Below, piece after piece: positions 11,920-23,356 of a stretch of DNA of 64,000 bases. Within the stretch, counting starts at the first letter, position 1; every line of letters starts with the position of its first letter. The translations under genes and the position numbers were made by a program. The notes below the pieces were generated by a model, which worked only from the letters and a program-made list of their open reading frames with translations, did not search any database and was not told where the DNA came from. The DNA comes from Octopus sinensis (taxonomy: Eukaryota), in NCBI RefSeq assembly GCF_006345805.1, contig NC_043015.1:6386001-6450000 (forward strand), written 5' to 3'.

Positions 11920-12740
11920 TATAAAAGAGTGAAAAAACTACAGAAGGCTTGTTTTATAAGGTTAAAGAATATATTTAAGTCGTTATGTTAGAAAAATGTC
12001 AGAAAATTTTGCATATAGTAACATATTCTTTGGAGAAATTATCGGTTTCGTGTTAACTTTTCAAATTTCTCAAATGTCTTTACCTACATCGTGTCATGTC
12101 TTCGTATGCAGTGCAAAAAGAAGAGTTCCAGGCAGGGGGAGGTAATAAGCGATTTCTTCCGTTATAAGGGAGATAATCGCTATATATTTATTTTCTTCTT
12201 TTTTAATGACATGAGTTTCTCTGTATAAGAATGTTAGGATGATTAAGTTCAGGCTTATATTTTTCAATGAATAATGTTTCCTTGTTTAATTTAATTTGTG
12301 TTGGTGTTCCAATAGCACATTGATAGAATGGAAAGATTAAAAATTATGGTAGTAGTTGCTTTGCGCATTTCTCAATATGCTCACTAAAGGGTATCATTCT
12401 ATATTCTAGGAATGCAATCTGTTGTCGATGCAGAGTGCATCTGCGTGTGAGTGATAATCCCGTGGACCCCACGTAGTTCTGGTGGCAGCCCGAGCACCTT
12501 AAGACGTACTATTAATATTAATACCATCTTCTATAACATTAATGAATTTTCCATTAAATCTTCTGTCATCATTTCTATCATTATAGCGCCTTATTTTACT
12601 TGCGATGTTCCTGTGGTTGTTGTTCGCATTCCTTTCCCTTGGATAATAAAAAAACGTGTATACAGCTCATTGGAAAACTTTTATTTCCAGTCCGTTGTAT
12701 ATCTTTGAGCGTTGGTGTCAATGAAGATAAAACTTTATAG
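11920..12740 (-). mobile_element. 5'-truncated Penelope-like element fragment flanked by (TA)n on both sides
   Basis: Contains the GIY-YIG module at 12204-12508. Boundaries are inferred from the flanking TA arrays. Confidence 0.65.
12204..12508 (-). pseudogene. PLE GIY-YIG endonuclease remnant (not in the ORF track)
   Basis: Manual translation YVLRCSGCHQNYVGSTGLSLTRRCTLHRQQIAFLEYRMIPFSEHIEKCAKQLLP*FLIFPFYQCAIGTPTQIKLNKETLFIEKYKPELN shows the GIY/YIG equivalents, catalytic R, H and E, and terminal LN, with one in-frame stop. Confidence 0.9.
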
Positions 12741-12742
12741 TT

Positions 12743-12744
<2 letters not shown>

Positions 12745-12810
<66 letters not shown>

Positions 12811-13156
12811 CATATATATATATATATATTATATATATACATATATATATTATACATATATATATATACATATATATATATACTACATATATATACATAC
12901 ATTATATATATACACACATATATATATATTACATACATATATTATATATATACATTATATTACATAACATAATACATATATATATACATATATAATATAT
13001 CATACATATATATATATATATACATATAATATGCATACATATATACATATATATTACATATATATATATACATACATATATATATGCATACATATATACA
13101 TATATATATACATAATATTAATACCATACAGATAATATAATATATACATATATATA

Positions 13157-13206
<50 letters not shown>

Positions 13207-13305
13207 TATATACATATATATATACATATATATATGCATATATATATATATTATACATATATATATACAATATATATACTATATATATATATGTATATAT
13301 ACATA

Positions 13306-13353
<48 letters not shown>

Positions 13354-13360
13354 ATAGATC
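12745..13360. repeat. Degenerate (TA)n/(TACATA)n array
   Basis: Direct inspection. Confidence 0.95.
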
Positions 13361-13492
13361 AATAAATGGTAGGGTTGTGTTGACCGCACGTGGAGAAATG
13401 ATAAGTAAGGAAACATTTTTTTTTAAATGCAGAATGCTCAAATGAAAGAAAATTTTAATAAAATGAGAATGATAAAATATATAAATATATTT

Positions 13493-13533
13493 TATTCAAC
13501 CGGTTTTCGTCATTGTATGACTTGTCAAGAATA
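13493..13533 (-). ncRNA. Hammerhead-like motif with U3-A8 core (left inverted repeat)
   Basis: Minus strand TATTC-TTGACAA-GTCAT(ACA)ATGAC-GAAA-ACCGGT-T-GAATA: 5-bp stem I, 5-bp stem II, palindromic stem III. Confidence 0.6.
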
Positions 13534-13599
13534 TTTTATGTTTTAAAAGTTTTTTTTAAAAAACCCAAAAATGAATAACATTATAAATACAACAAAATC

Positions 13600-14190
13600 C
13601 TCAATGCAAAAGGCAACACAAATCTTTAAAAAAACTCTTGACAAATGCCAAACTTCACACACCAATCCACCCCCAACAGTAAAAAAATGTGCACGCTCAA
13701 ACTGTGGTACCTGCCCCTTTCTACTTGAAGGCTCTGAATTACCTTCAAACAAGGTACGAAGTTTAAAATCAAGACTAACTTCTCCTGTTCCTCCGAGAAC
13801 CTTATCTACGTTCTCACACATGCGCTGGTTGCCAACGTAATTATGTTGGACAAACGAGTCTCCCGTTACGTAAACGAGTAACGGTGCATAAAGAACAAAT
13901 AAATCTCCCGGAATACCGACAATTCCACTGAGTGACCACTTAGACTCATGTGCTAAAGACTTAAACCCCAATTTCTATATATTCCCCTTCTACCAATGTA
14001 AAGACGGGATCACCACACAGGAGAGAATTAACAAGGAGAATCTCTTTATTGAAAAATTCCAAACACAACTTAATATGCAAACTCTCGTTGATCAACTTCC
14101 TTTCTCTACCTCACTCTTCATGGATGGACTAACACAAATATATAAAGATACCATGCATTCATCACTTCAAGCTAAAACTTATATTCTTTA
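13600..14190 (+). pseudogene. PLE linker plus GIY-YIG endonuclease, frameshifted
   Basis: Reconstructed KRQHKSLKKLLTNAKL..PTVKKCARSNCGTCPFLLEG..NFSCSSENLIYVLTCAGCQRNYVGQTSLPLRKRVTVHKEQI..IPLSDHLDSC..FYIFPFYQC..RINKENLFIEKFQTQLN. At least four 1-2-nt indels, mostly in homopolymer or CA runs. Confidence 0.92.
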
Positions 14191-14719
14191 AATATCATTT
14201 TTACTATTGTTGTTATTACTATCATTTTTATTATAAATGATATGACAATTTGAAATGCAATTGTCTATGCAGATTTATATTATTAGAAATAATATAAATA
14301 AAGTGTTAAAATCTGAAAGTTAAGTTAACAAGCAATTATATAAAAAAGATAATGCAAATGAAGCTAAAATGATAGTTTTATAATTTTGGGTTTTATTGAA
14401 GAACTCAAAAGAGTTGTCTCCCCTTACTCACAACACAGGACTGAAGAACATGACCACAAATACTACTACTTCCTGTCCTGCAACATGCTGAATTTAACAA
14501 CACACAACACATCACATGCTCTTAATCCCTTTGGATCTTACACCTCAAGGTATTTTTTGGTAACAACCCATAAAACTCAAGATACACAACGAACTCACAA
14601 TGTATCGGAGAACTTATTTTTAATTTTTGTACATTTTTATCATTATCTTTTACAAAAACAATGCAATTTCTTTTTTTGTCCCCTTTCTAATTTTTTAAAA
14701 AAACTTCTTAAAACATAAA

Positions 14720-14759
14720 TATTCTTGACAAGTCATACAATGACGAAAACGGGTGAATA
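14720..14759 (+). ncRNA. Hammerhead-like motif with U3-A8 core (right inverted repeat, sense to the endonuclease)
   Basis: TATTC-TTGACAA-GTCAT(ACA)ATGAC-GAAA-ACGGGT-GAATA. Stem III is altered relative to the left copy. Confidence 0.55.
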
Positions 14760-14964
14760 ATATATATTTATATATTTTATCATTTTCTCATTTTATTAAA
14801 ATTTTCTTTCATTTGAGCATTCTGCATTTTTTAAAAAAAATTTTTAGTATATATATATATATATATATATAATTTTAATCCAAAAGGGAAACAAAAAAAC
14901 AACAACAACAGGAAACAATTACAGTATTATTATTAATAGGCGCTCAGGAGATGGAAGCAGGGAG

Positions 14965-15000
14965 GTATGACGTTTCGAGCGGAGCTCTTCGTCGGAAACA
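14965..15000 (-). ncRNA. Degenerate minimal hammerhead motif
   Basis: Minus strand CCGACGA-A-GAGC(TCC)GCTC-GAAA-CGT-C. Core U4 is replaced by C and stem I is weak. Confidence 0.45.
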
Positions 15001-15169
15001 TAAGAAGGAGGAGAGAGGAAAGAAAGACCCAGAGCGGGCAACAGGGAAAGAGAAAAAAGACGACTGGTGTTTACGAGTTGCACATGGTGAAAGGCGGATG
15101 TTGACGATAACAAGAGCAAAGTGGGTTTTTAAAGGCAAAAGAGTGGAGACAAGGTGGTAAACCCAACAG

Positions 15170-17905
15170 ATGTGTGGGTATGTGTGAGTGTGTGCGTGTG
15201 CGTGTGTGTATGTGTGTGTGTGAGGCGAGATGAAAAAACAAAAAATATGGTGTGTTAGTGTGTGCGTCTGTGTGTAGGCGTGTGGGGTAGTGCGAGACTA
15301 GTGGTCAGCTAGCAGACGAGGTCAGTAGTAAGAAAGAAGGAAGGAGGAAGGGAGGTCAGTAGTAAGAAAAAGAAGGAAGGAGGAAGGGAGGGAGGGGAAG
15401 GGGTGGTCGTAAGTAGCGTGCCAGCGTGTGTTGAGTAGTAGTGTGTGTGTGTGTCCAGTGTCGTGGGTGGTATTAATGGCGAGTAGATGAATGTGTGTAA
15501 GAGTGATGTATATATAGGCAAGGTGTGTATATGTGTGCGCGTGTGTTGTAACGAAAAAGGGGGGGGGGTTAAGGAAAAAGGACTCCAGCTGAGGGGAAGA
15601 TGGAAGAGTGGTACCGCGGAGACAGGCGTGGGAAAACCCACGACACGCGACGGTCCAAGGAACGGGCGGGAGTCTCGTCAGGTCCAAGGGCGAGTGTATG
15701 CGGCGCGTATGCAGCGCGAGCCGGGCGCAAGTGCGTATGTGCGCGTGCCTGCGAGTATGCGCGTAAGTATGTATGTGTGTGGATGGTGAGTGGGTCTGGG
15801 TGTAGGTTTGGGTGGCAGTGTTTCCGATGAATGTATGTGAGTATGTGTGTATGTATGTGTGTGCATAGATGTATGTCCGGTGTGGTGTGTTGGTGTATGT
15901 GTGTGAGTGTGTATGTATGTACGTGTGGGTGTGAGGAAGTGTGTGTATGTGCATGTGTGTGCGCGTACATACAGGTGTGTGAGTGAGTGTGGGTGGTGTG
16001 TATGTATGTGTGAGTGTGTATGTATGTGTGTTTCGGATGCATGTATGTGTATGGTGTATGTATGCGTGTGTGTAGGTTATGTATGTGTACGTGCGTGTGT
16101 GTGTGTATGCGTGTGGTGTGCGCGTGTGCATGCATGATGCATGTGCGTATGGTGTGTGTGGTGTGGCATGTGTGTGGGTATATATGTATGTGCTTATATG
16201 TGTGTGTGTGTCGTACATGTGTGTGTGTGTGTATGCATGGTTGTGTTGTAGGTGTGTAGGCGTGTGTGTATAGGTGTATGTATGTAAGTATGTGTGGGTG
16301 TGTCCGTGTATTGTGTGTATGTAGGTGTGTGGGCGTGTGTATATGTGTGTTATGTAGGTGTGTGGGCGTGTGTATATAGGTGTATGTTGTGTGTCTGGGT
16401 GTGTCCGTGCATGTTTGTGTGTGTGTGTGTATTGCAGTGTATGTGGGTGTGTGTGTACGTGTGTAATATATTGTGTATGCGTGGTATGCGTGCGTGTGTG
16501 TATGTAGGTGCGTGTGTATGTGTGTGGGAGTGTAGGTGTGTGTGTGCGTGTGCGTGTTTATGTTGGTGTGGTGCGTATGTGAGTGTGAGTGTATGGTGTT
16601 TGTCATGCATGTGTGTGCGCGTGCAGGTGAGTGTTTTGTGTAAGTATGTGTGTGTCTATATATTTGTGTGATGTGTAAGTTGTGTTTGTTCTTGGTATGT
16701 ATGTGCGTATAGGAGTATGTGGGTATGTGTGATGTATGTTATGGGGTGTATGTATGTATGTGTGTGTGTGTGGCATGTGTATAAGTATATGTGTTGTGGT
16801 GCGTATGTGTGTATATGTGTATGTGTGTGTGTTTATGTATGTGTGTATGTATGTGTGTAGGCGTGTGTGTGTAGATGTATTTATGTATGTTGGGTGTCCG
16901 TGTGTGTTTGTGTGTGTGTGTAGGTAGATGGTGTGTGTCTGAGTGAGGGTATGGCTGTGTAGGTGTGTGTGTGTATGAATGTAAGTGTGTGTGTATACAA
17001 GTGTAAATGTATGTATGTAGGTGTGTTTGGTGTGTGTAGTGTACGTGTGCGTGTGTATGTGTGGTGTTTATGCGTGTAGTGTGAGTGTTGGGTGTATGTC
17101 TGTGTGTGTGTATGTCTGAAGTAGGTATGTATGTGTATGTATGTATGTGTGTGTGTGCAGGTATGTGTGGTGTATGTGTGTGTGTGAGTAGGGTGCGTGT
17201 ATGTATGTGGGTAGGGATGCATGCGAGTGTGTGGGTATGTATGCATACATACGTACGCGCACATCCGAAGCAAGCCCACGCACAAAGCGCGCTCACGCAC
17301 ACAACGCACAACAGTTACAACGCAAGCCCAAGGGGCCGACCAAGCCCCCAGCGCGCGCCAGGTGCGCGAGCGCGCAAAGGCCCTCGAACGCCCCGCTACG
17401 CGGGAACCGAGGATCCTCAGCCAAAACCGAAAGCAGAAAAGAGGGGGGGCTGCCTGGATGCAAAAAGGTGTATGTGTGTGTGCATTCAGTGTAAGGGTGT
17501 GCATTGTTGGGCATGTATGTATGTATTGCCTAACATGTATGTTTGCATGTGGTGTGTGTGAAGTATGTACGGTGCGTGTGGTGTGGTGTGAGTGTGTGTG
17601 TATGTATGTGCGTAGTATGTGTGTGTATGTATGTATGTATGTCTGTGTGGTGTGTGTGTGTGTAAGTCATGTATGTGTGTGCGTATGTATGTATGTTGTG
17701 TGTGTAGGTGCATGTTGGTTTGTATGTTAGTGTGTGCTAGTATGTCTGTAGGTGTGTGATTAAATGTGTGAAGTATGTACGTAGATGGGCTACGTATGTG
17801 TGTGTGAACAGGCGTGTGGGAGGTAGGTAGTTGGGTGTGTGTGGGAGGTAGGTGGGTGGGTGTGTGCGTGTGGGAGGCTGGTGGGTGGGTGGGTGTGGGT
17901 GGTGG
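15170..17905. repeat. ~2.7-kb degenerate TG-rich low-complexity tract with two GC-rich islands
   Basis: Irregular (TG)/(TATG) repeats. The long His/Thr ORFs here are repeat translations. Confidence 0.85.
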
Positions 17906-17929
17906 CAAAAAAAAAAAAAAAAAAAAAAC

Positions 17930-18635
17930 AGATCTCAGAGGAGGGGGCTGTGTTAAGTCCGTGTGGGGTGGTAGTTTGTAGGTTGAAGATGTAGCGTTGC
18001 TCCAAGTGGAGCCTGGAAAGTGGGCGACCTTGGTGGGGGGGCGAGACCAAACACTGAGATGTCATCTAGGGAATGGCGGCCGAGCGGAATGCGTGCGACG
18101 GGAGAAGGAGAGTGTAGGCGAACGTCCCTTAAGTGCTCAGTGAAACGGTCGGACACCGGCGTCCCGTCTGTCCTACATACAGCATCCCGCATAAGTTGCA
18201 TTTAATGCAGTAAATAAGGCCAGACGAGGTGCACATAAAAGAGTGCCTAATGCGTACAGTGTGCAGGTTGGACCGGTGACAGCGGTGTGTTGGTTTGGTG
18301 ATGAAGGGGCAAGTGTTGCAGCGGGATCTAGAGCAAGGGAATGATCCGTGTGGGGCTGAGGGGGAAGGAGAGAGGGGGCTGTGGACCAGGAGGTCACGCA
18401 GATTGCGAGCTCGTTTGAAAGAGGACAGGGGTAGGTTAGGGAAAATGGGGCGGGTGGTGGGATCAAGCTGGAGGCGACGGAAGGCACGTAGTATCTTGCG
18501 ACGAAGGGTAGGGTAGAGGGGGTGGAAAAAGGAGGGGGAAGGGGGTGCGGTTGGGGGTGGGCGGGTGGAAGGAGACAGGGCGGTAGTGCGGTCGATGCGA
18601 CGGGCGCGGGTGAGGGCATCAGAGAGGAGTATGGG
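17930..18635 (-). pseudogene. PLE C-terminal linker plus GIY-YIG endonuclease (Cys-linker, Neptune-like type), frameshifted
   Basis: Joined ORF-track segments: PLSSFKRARNLRDLLVHS..FPCSRSRCNTCPFI..SFMCTSSGLIYCIKCNLCGMLYVGQTGR / DRFTEHLRDVR..HSLDDISVFGL / RLHLEQRYIFNLQTTTPHGLN. Confidence 0.93.
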
Positions 18636-18647
18636 ATATACATATAT

Positions 18648-18800
18648 ACGACGGGCTTCTTTCAGTTTCCGGCTACCAAATCCACTCACAAGGCTTTAGT
18701 CGGCCTAGGCCGACCAAGGCCTTGTGAAGACAACTTGCCCAAGGTGCCATGCAGTGGGTTTGAACCAGAACCATGCGTTGGTAGCAAGCAATTACCACAC
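18648..18800 (-). mobile_element. SINE family B, 5' part, containing a fold-back palindrome
   Basis: ACGACGGGCTTCTTTCAGTTTCC...TTGCCCAAGGTGCCATGCAGTGGG matches the other copies. Confidence 0.8.
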
Positions 18801-19012
18801 ACTAACTTATCGATATACATAAACAAATATACATTATATATATGCTGTCCCCATAGTAGCAGTTTGCTGTGCGTGTTAGACATCATAAAATGTTATGCCA
18901 ATGTATTTCAAAACCTCCTTTTCGCATGATGTATGTCGACAACAACAAATTTACTCTTAGATAATAGGTGAAGTGGCTGCATTTACTCTGTCAGTTATAT
19001 AAGTATTGTAGT

Positions 19013-19112
19013 NNNNNNNNNNNNNNNNNNNNNNNNNNNNNNNNNNNNNNNNNNNNNNNNNNNNNNNNNNNNNNNNNNNNNNNNNNNNNNNNNNNNNNNN
19101 NNNNNNNNNNNN
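19013..19112. other. Assembly gap (100 N)
   Basis: Run of N. Confidence 1.
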
Positions 19113-20185
19113 AGTGAAATGTGATTAAACACACACACTAGCACAAACGCACACATACACACACACACACGCACACACACACACACACACATACTATAAA
19201 TTTTTGAACTGAATGCAGCACAAACACAGTGTGGTAGTGAATCTCAAAAATGGCATTTTGTGAAAGTTATATAAGCAGCTTCATTTTGAAAACCATTCCT
19301 GGTACTTAAGCGACAAATTTATAAGTAATTATAGTCAAATAATCATACAACTTGTTTCGATCTTTGTTACAGCGTCGTCAGTTGAACATTTTATATATTG
19401 TTCGTCTTTTGTCTTTCCTAATTCCTCATAATTTGCTTCATACAGTGTAGTTTCATTCGTAAGACCCGTTATTGCAGGCTGCCCAGCAATCAACAATATG
19501 TTTCCTGATTGTCACAGTTCACCTAATCTAGAATCATGTGCTCGAGTGTTTTATTCTTGGTTCGTAAGGGAAACAGTGCAATTTGATATCGATTTCTTTA
19601 AACCGTACACATACACACAGATATATAACTCTACATAAATGATTGCTGCTCCCAAGTTGATGTTTGTACGTCAAATGATCATATTAATGATGCTTTTTGA
19701 AGTAAGGAGAAGCTTTGCGCATGAAAAATCCCACTCTGTGAACGACGATGATAGATACGCCAAAAAGAACTTGTTAATAACTGTCGCTGTAATCGAATCG
19801 CAGGTTTTACATCTAAGATTTCCTTTCACTTAAGCTAAACAAAAGCTAGGTGTCAGTCACTCACTCCCATTAATCTGGTACACCATGCTTACATTCTTAT
19901 TCTCATGGTTCTTTAATGACTTAACCTGCTGTGCCTGTTCGTTTCTGAATATGTATCAATCATCTACGTAACCACAGCGTTCGGTGCATGAAAGTTTTAA
20001 TTTGTCTATGATTGCTGCAGGAACTACCTGTGTCCATGAGAAATAGAAGAACCGTGGTTCTGTACACAGTATTGTATGGCCGCTGACTTTAATGAGTCAC
20101 ACACACACAATCACACAATCACAAACACATCTCTCTATCTATCTATCTATCTATCTATCTCTCAATATATATATGAATATATATA

Positions 20186-20404
20186 TTTCTTTACTCCCCC
20201 CACTGAGGGAACAAACAAGGACAGACAAACGGATTAATTCGATTACATCGACCCCAGTGCGTGACTGGTACTTAATTTATCGACCCCGAAAGGATGAAAA
20301 GCAAAGTCGACCCCGGGAGAATTTGAACCCAGAACGTAACGGCAGACGAAATACGGCTAAGCATTTCGCCCGGCGTGCTAAAGTTTCTGCCAGCTCACCG
20401 CCTT
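20186..20404 (-). mobile_element. SINE family A, single near-full-length copy
   Basis: Reverse complement begins AAGGCGGTGAGCTGGCAGAAAC with the full core and a type-1 tail. Confidence 0.9.
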
Positions 20405-21840
20405 AATATATGAATGTATATTAACACGAATATGGACGTATATTGAACGTTCTTTAATACCATTCGTCTATAATTGCTTTGGAATATGATTTATTACGTC
20501 CCATGTAAGATAGTGACATGTATTATTTATTTAGAACGTCGTTTCAGTTCTTTTTTTGAGCATGCGTTGCGCTTTTGGCAATAAAATAAATTGTTTTAAA
20601 AGACTTCGTCTTCATTTTTTTTTCATTATACTTTCCCTTTGCATATCTGTTTACTTCGGTAGCAGAATATTTGATGTTGTTTTAGGAACACTAATACGAA
20701 CGGTAAAGATTCAGAAAGATGATCACCAACCAACTTAACAATAGTAAGAAATAAAAAAAAAGTAAACAGCTGCATTATGTTCAAGATAAGAATGTTCTTG
20801 AAAGAATGGTTCATGTGTATTTGAGTACAGAATTCTATATGTGAGCTATGTCCTATATATAATTTTAACAAGCTTTCTTTGTTTCCAAGAAGTAATAGAT
20901 AGTTAATGATATAGGCTCGCATAAATACATAGTATGAAACCTGAATGAATGCAGAACTAAGAAGTATTTCTTTTACAGGTATATGTGTGTATGCACACGT
21001 ATGTGTTTGTCTGCACATACACATACGTGCGTAAACACGTATGCACGCACACACCGGTATGTTCTCAGAAATGCTTTAAATTTCTGTGAATTCACAGTGA
21101 ATATCAATTGAGAAAGACACTATGCATAGAAGTGTGTGACTGTATTTGTATGCATGTATGTATGTATATATGTATGTATTTGTATACTTTACCAGTAAGG
21201 TTTATTGTTTATTGGAACACGGCAATGAAAGCTCACATACTTAGAGAGATAGATCTATAATCTCATTTTGTATACATAGATAAATGCATACATATATATA
21301 CACTTATGGAACTGTTTTGATCAAATTAAAATAATATTTGTTTATTACCCATACAGATATTTGATGGAGAAAAAAACAACCACATACATGGTTGTACAAA
21401 TTGAGAAATGCTTCAACGCAAAAACAGAAATATAGAAACACACACATATACGCCATTCAATAAAAACATATCAATAAGCAAAAATAACTAAGAACATTAA
21501 ACAAACATCTATATCAATTGATGTGTAAGATAAATGGAAAGAGAATTCATTCGTGTACTCTATTCCCACTTAAGAACTATATTTTACACAACTAATAAAA
21601 CATTGTTAATATACATGTGTATAATTAGGAATTCGCTTATATTTCGCCATATATATTATTTCTATCATTGTAAAATATCTTCCGTGTTCCTACTCCGCCA
21701 TTCAACTCTGTTTAGCTCCCCAACAAGCTATCTATTTAAACATTTGTATGTCGTCCTGACTGAATGCCTATCATTCTGTTTGTCTAAATCTCTAGCTCAT
21801 ATTTCTCAACACACATACACACATTATACAGATATAATAT

Positions 21841-21961
<121 letters not shown>

Positions 21962-22052
21962 GTATATATATTATATTTACATATATACCTATACTTTATA
22001 TTTATATACATATATGTATGTATATTATATATATATATATATAATATGCACA

Positions 22053-22096
<44 letters not shown>

Positions 22097-23202
22097 ATAT
22101 ATTATATATATGGATGTGTATATATATTCATATATTATGCTTATGTATGTATATGTATACATACATATATTTATACTTATGCAAGTATATGCACATATAT
22201 ACATGCTTGGGTGTATTTGTATGTGCGTATATTTGTTTGCAAGCATGTGTAGGCATACTTTCATACATATCACCATCAGATAGATACACGTACGTTCACG
22301 CATGCGCAGAGTCTGAATAATGAACCGATAATCTAAGTGAAATCAACAGCAATAGCAAGCAACCACAATAGGTTCCTCAAACTAAACGCTAAAATTGCAA
22401 GATAGCATAAAAAAGAGGAAAAAAAAATTACACCAACGTTTATCAACCCAGAACTCGAACAATAACAATATTTGTTATTTGTAATACTTATTTATATATT
22501 TATTCACGGTTTATTGTTCATTATTTTTATTTACCTTCCTTGCTTTTTTTTGTAATTTCATTATATGTATTGTTCTGGTTTGATATCTGACTTCGTTATT
22601 ATTATATATGTCACTTTATATTACTGTTTCATACATAAATGCGTAAGTATATCTACACATGTATGCATGAATATAAACATATTATATATATATGTGTGTA
22701 TGTATATGTATATTCTATCTGCACGTATTTATATAGAGAGTGATTTTTATACATATATTTTTATATATAGCTTTCATTGTATATATCTTTACTCTCAAAC
22801 GGTATCGCTATCTTCCTCTTTGCTAATTGCAGTACATCGTTACTAATGCTGTAGGTAAAATTACCTGCTAATAATGTTCTATAGACAGCATTCCATATTT
22901 ACGCGATGTGACACAAAGTTATTCATATTTTTATAAAACTAGTTCGCCATCTATAATAACACAAAGCATAGATGTCGATGCATAAACACAACAGAGAACA
23001 GAAGCATACATAAATATATTCGCATAGACTGATGTTCGTGTATATGTACATATGCTTAAAAATACATGTTTACATACATACATGTGCATATGTGTGTGCG
23101 TGCGTGTATGCATGTATATATGTATGTGTATATATGTATACATATATATATATATATATGATATAATGTTTGCATTTATTATACATGTATTTATTTATAT
23201 GA

Positions 23203-23267
<65 letters not shown>

Positions 23268-23317
23268 GTATACATACATGTCTATATATATGAATATATA
23301 TATACATATACACGCAG

Positions 23318-23356
<39 letters not shown>

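Larger units (their letters stand above)
13425..14830 (+). mobile_element. RT-less Penelope-like unit bounded by ~138-bp inverted terminal repeats (inverted pLTR architecture)
   Basis: 13425-13563 is the near-perfect reverse complement of 14691-14830. The interior encodes a Cys linker plus GIY-YIG endonuclease. Confidence 0.85.
14872..18635 (-). mobile_element. 5'-truncated Penelope-like element (endonuclease, long CA-rich spacer, pLTR tail)
   Basis: Endonuclease at 17930-18635; pLTR-like tail with a hammerhead remnant at ~14965-15000; 3' end abuts (TA)n. Continuity across the spacer is inferred. Confidence 0.6.

Noticed and set aside
15322-17504. Long His/Thr-rich ORFs (298, 345, 207 and 190 aa)
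   Set aside because: They arise from the degenerate CA repeat, which lacks stop codons; no domain content.
17907-17945. Poly(A) followed by GAGGAGG, superficially like a sequencing primer or adapter
   Set aside because: The sequence after the A run is contiguous with the PLE endonuclease C-terminus on the minus strand, and the adapter match is poor.
19335-19515. ~55-codon open frame on the minus strand (NILLIAGQPAITGLTNETTLYEANYEELGKTKDEQYIKCS...)
   Set aside because: No good acceptor and no recognisable domain; the tyrosine-motif impression is not specific enough.
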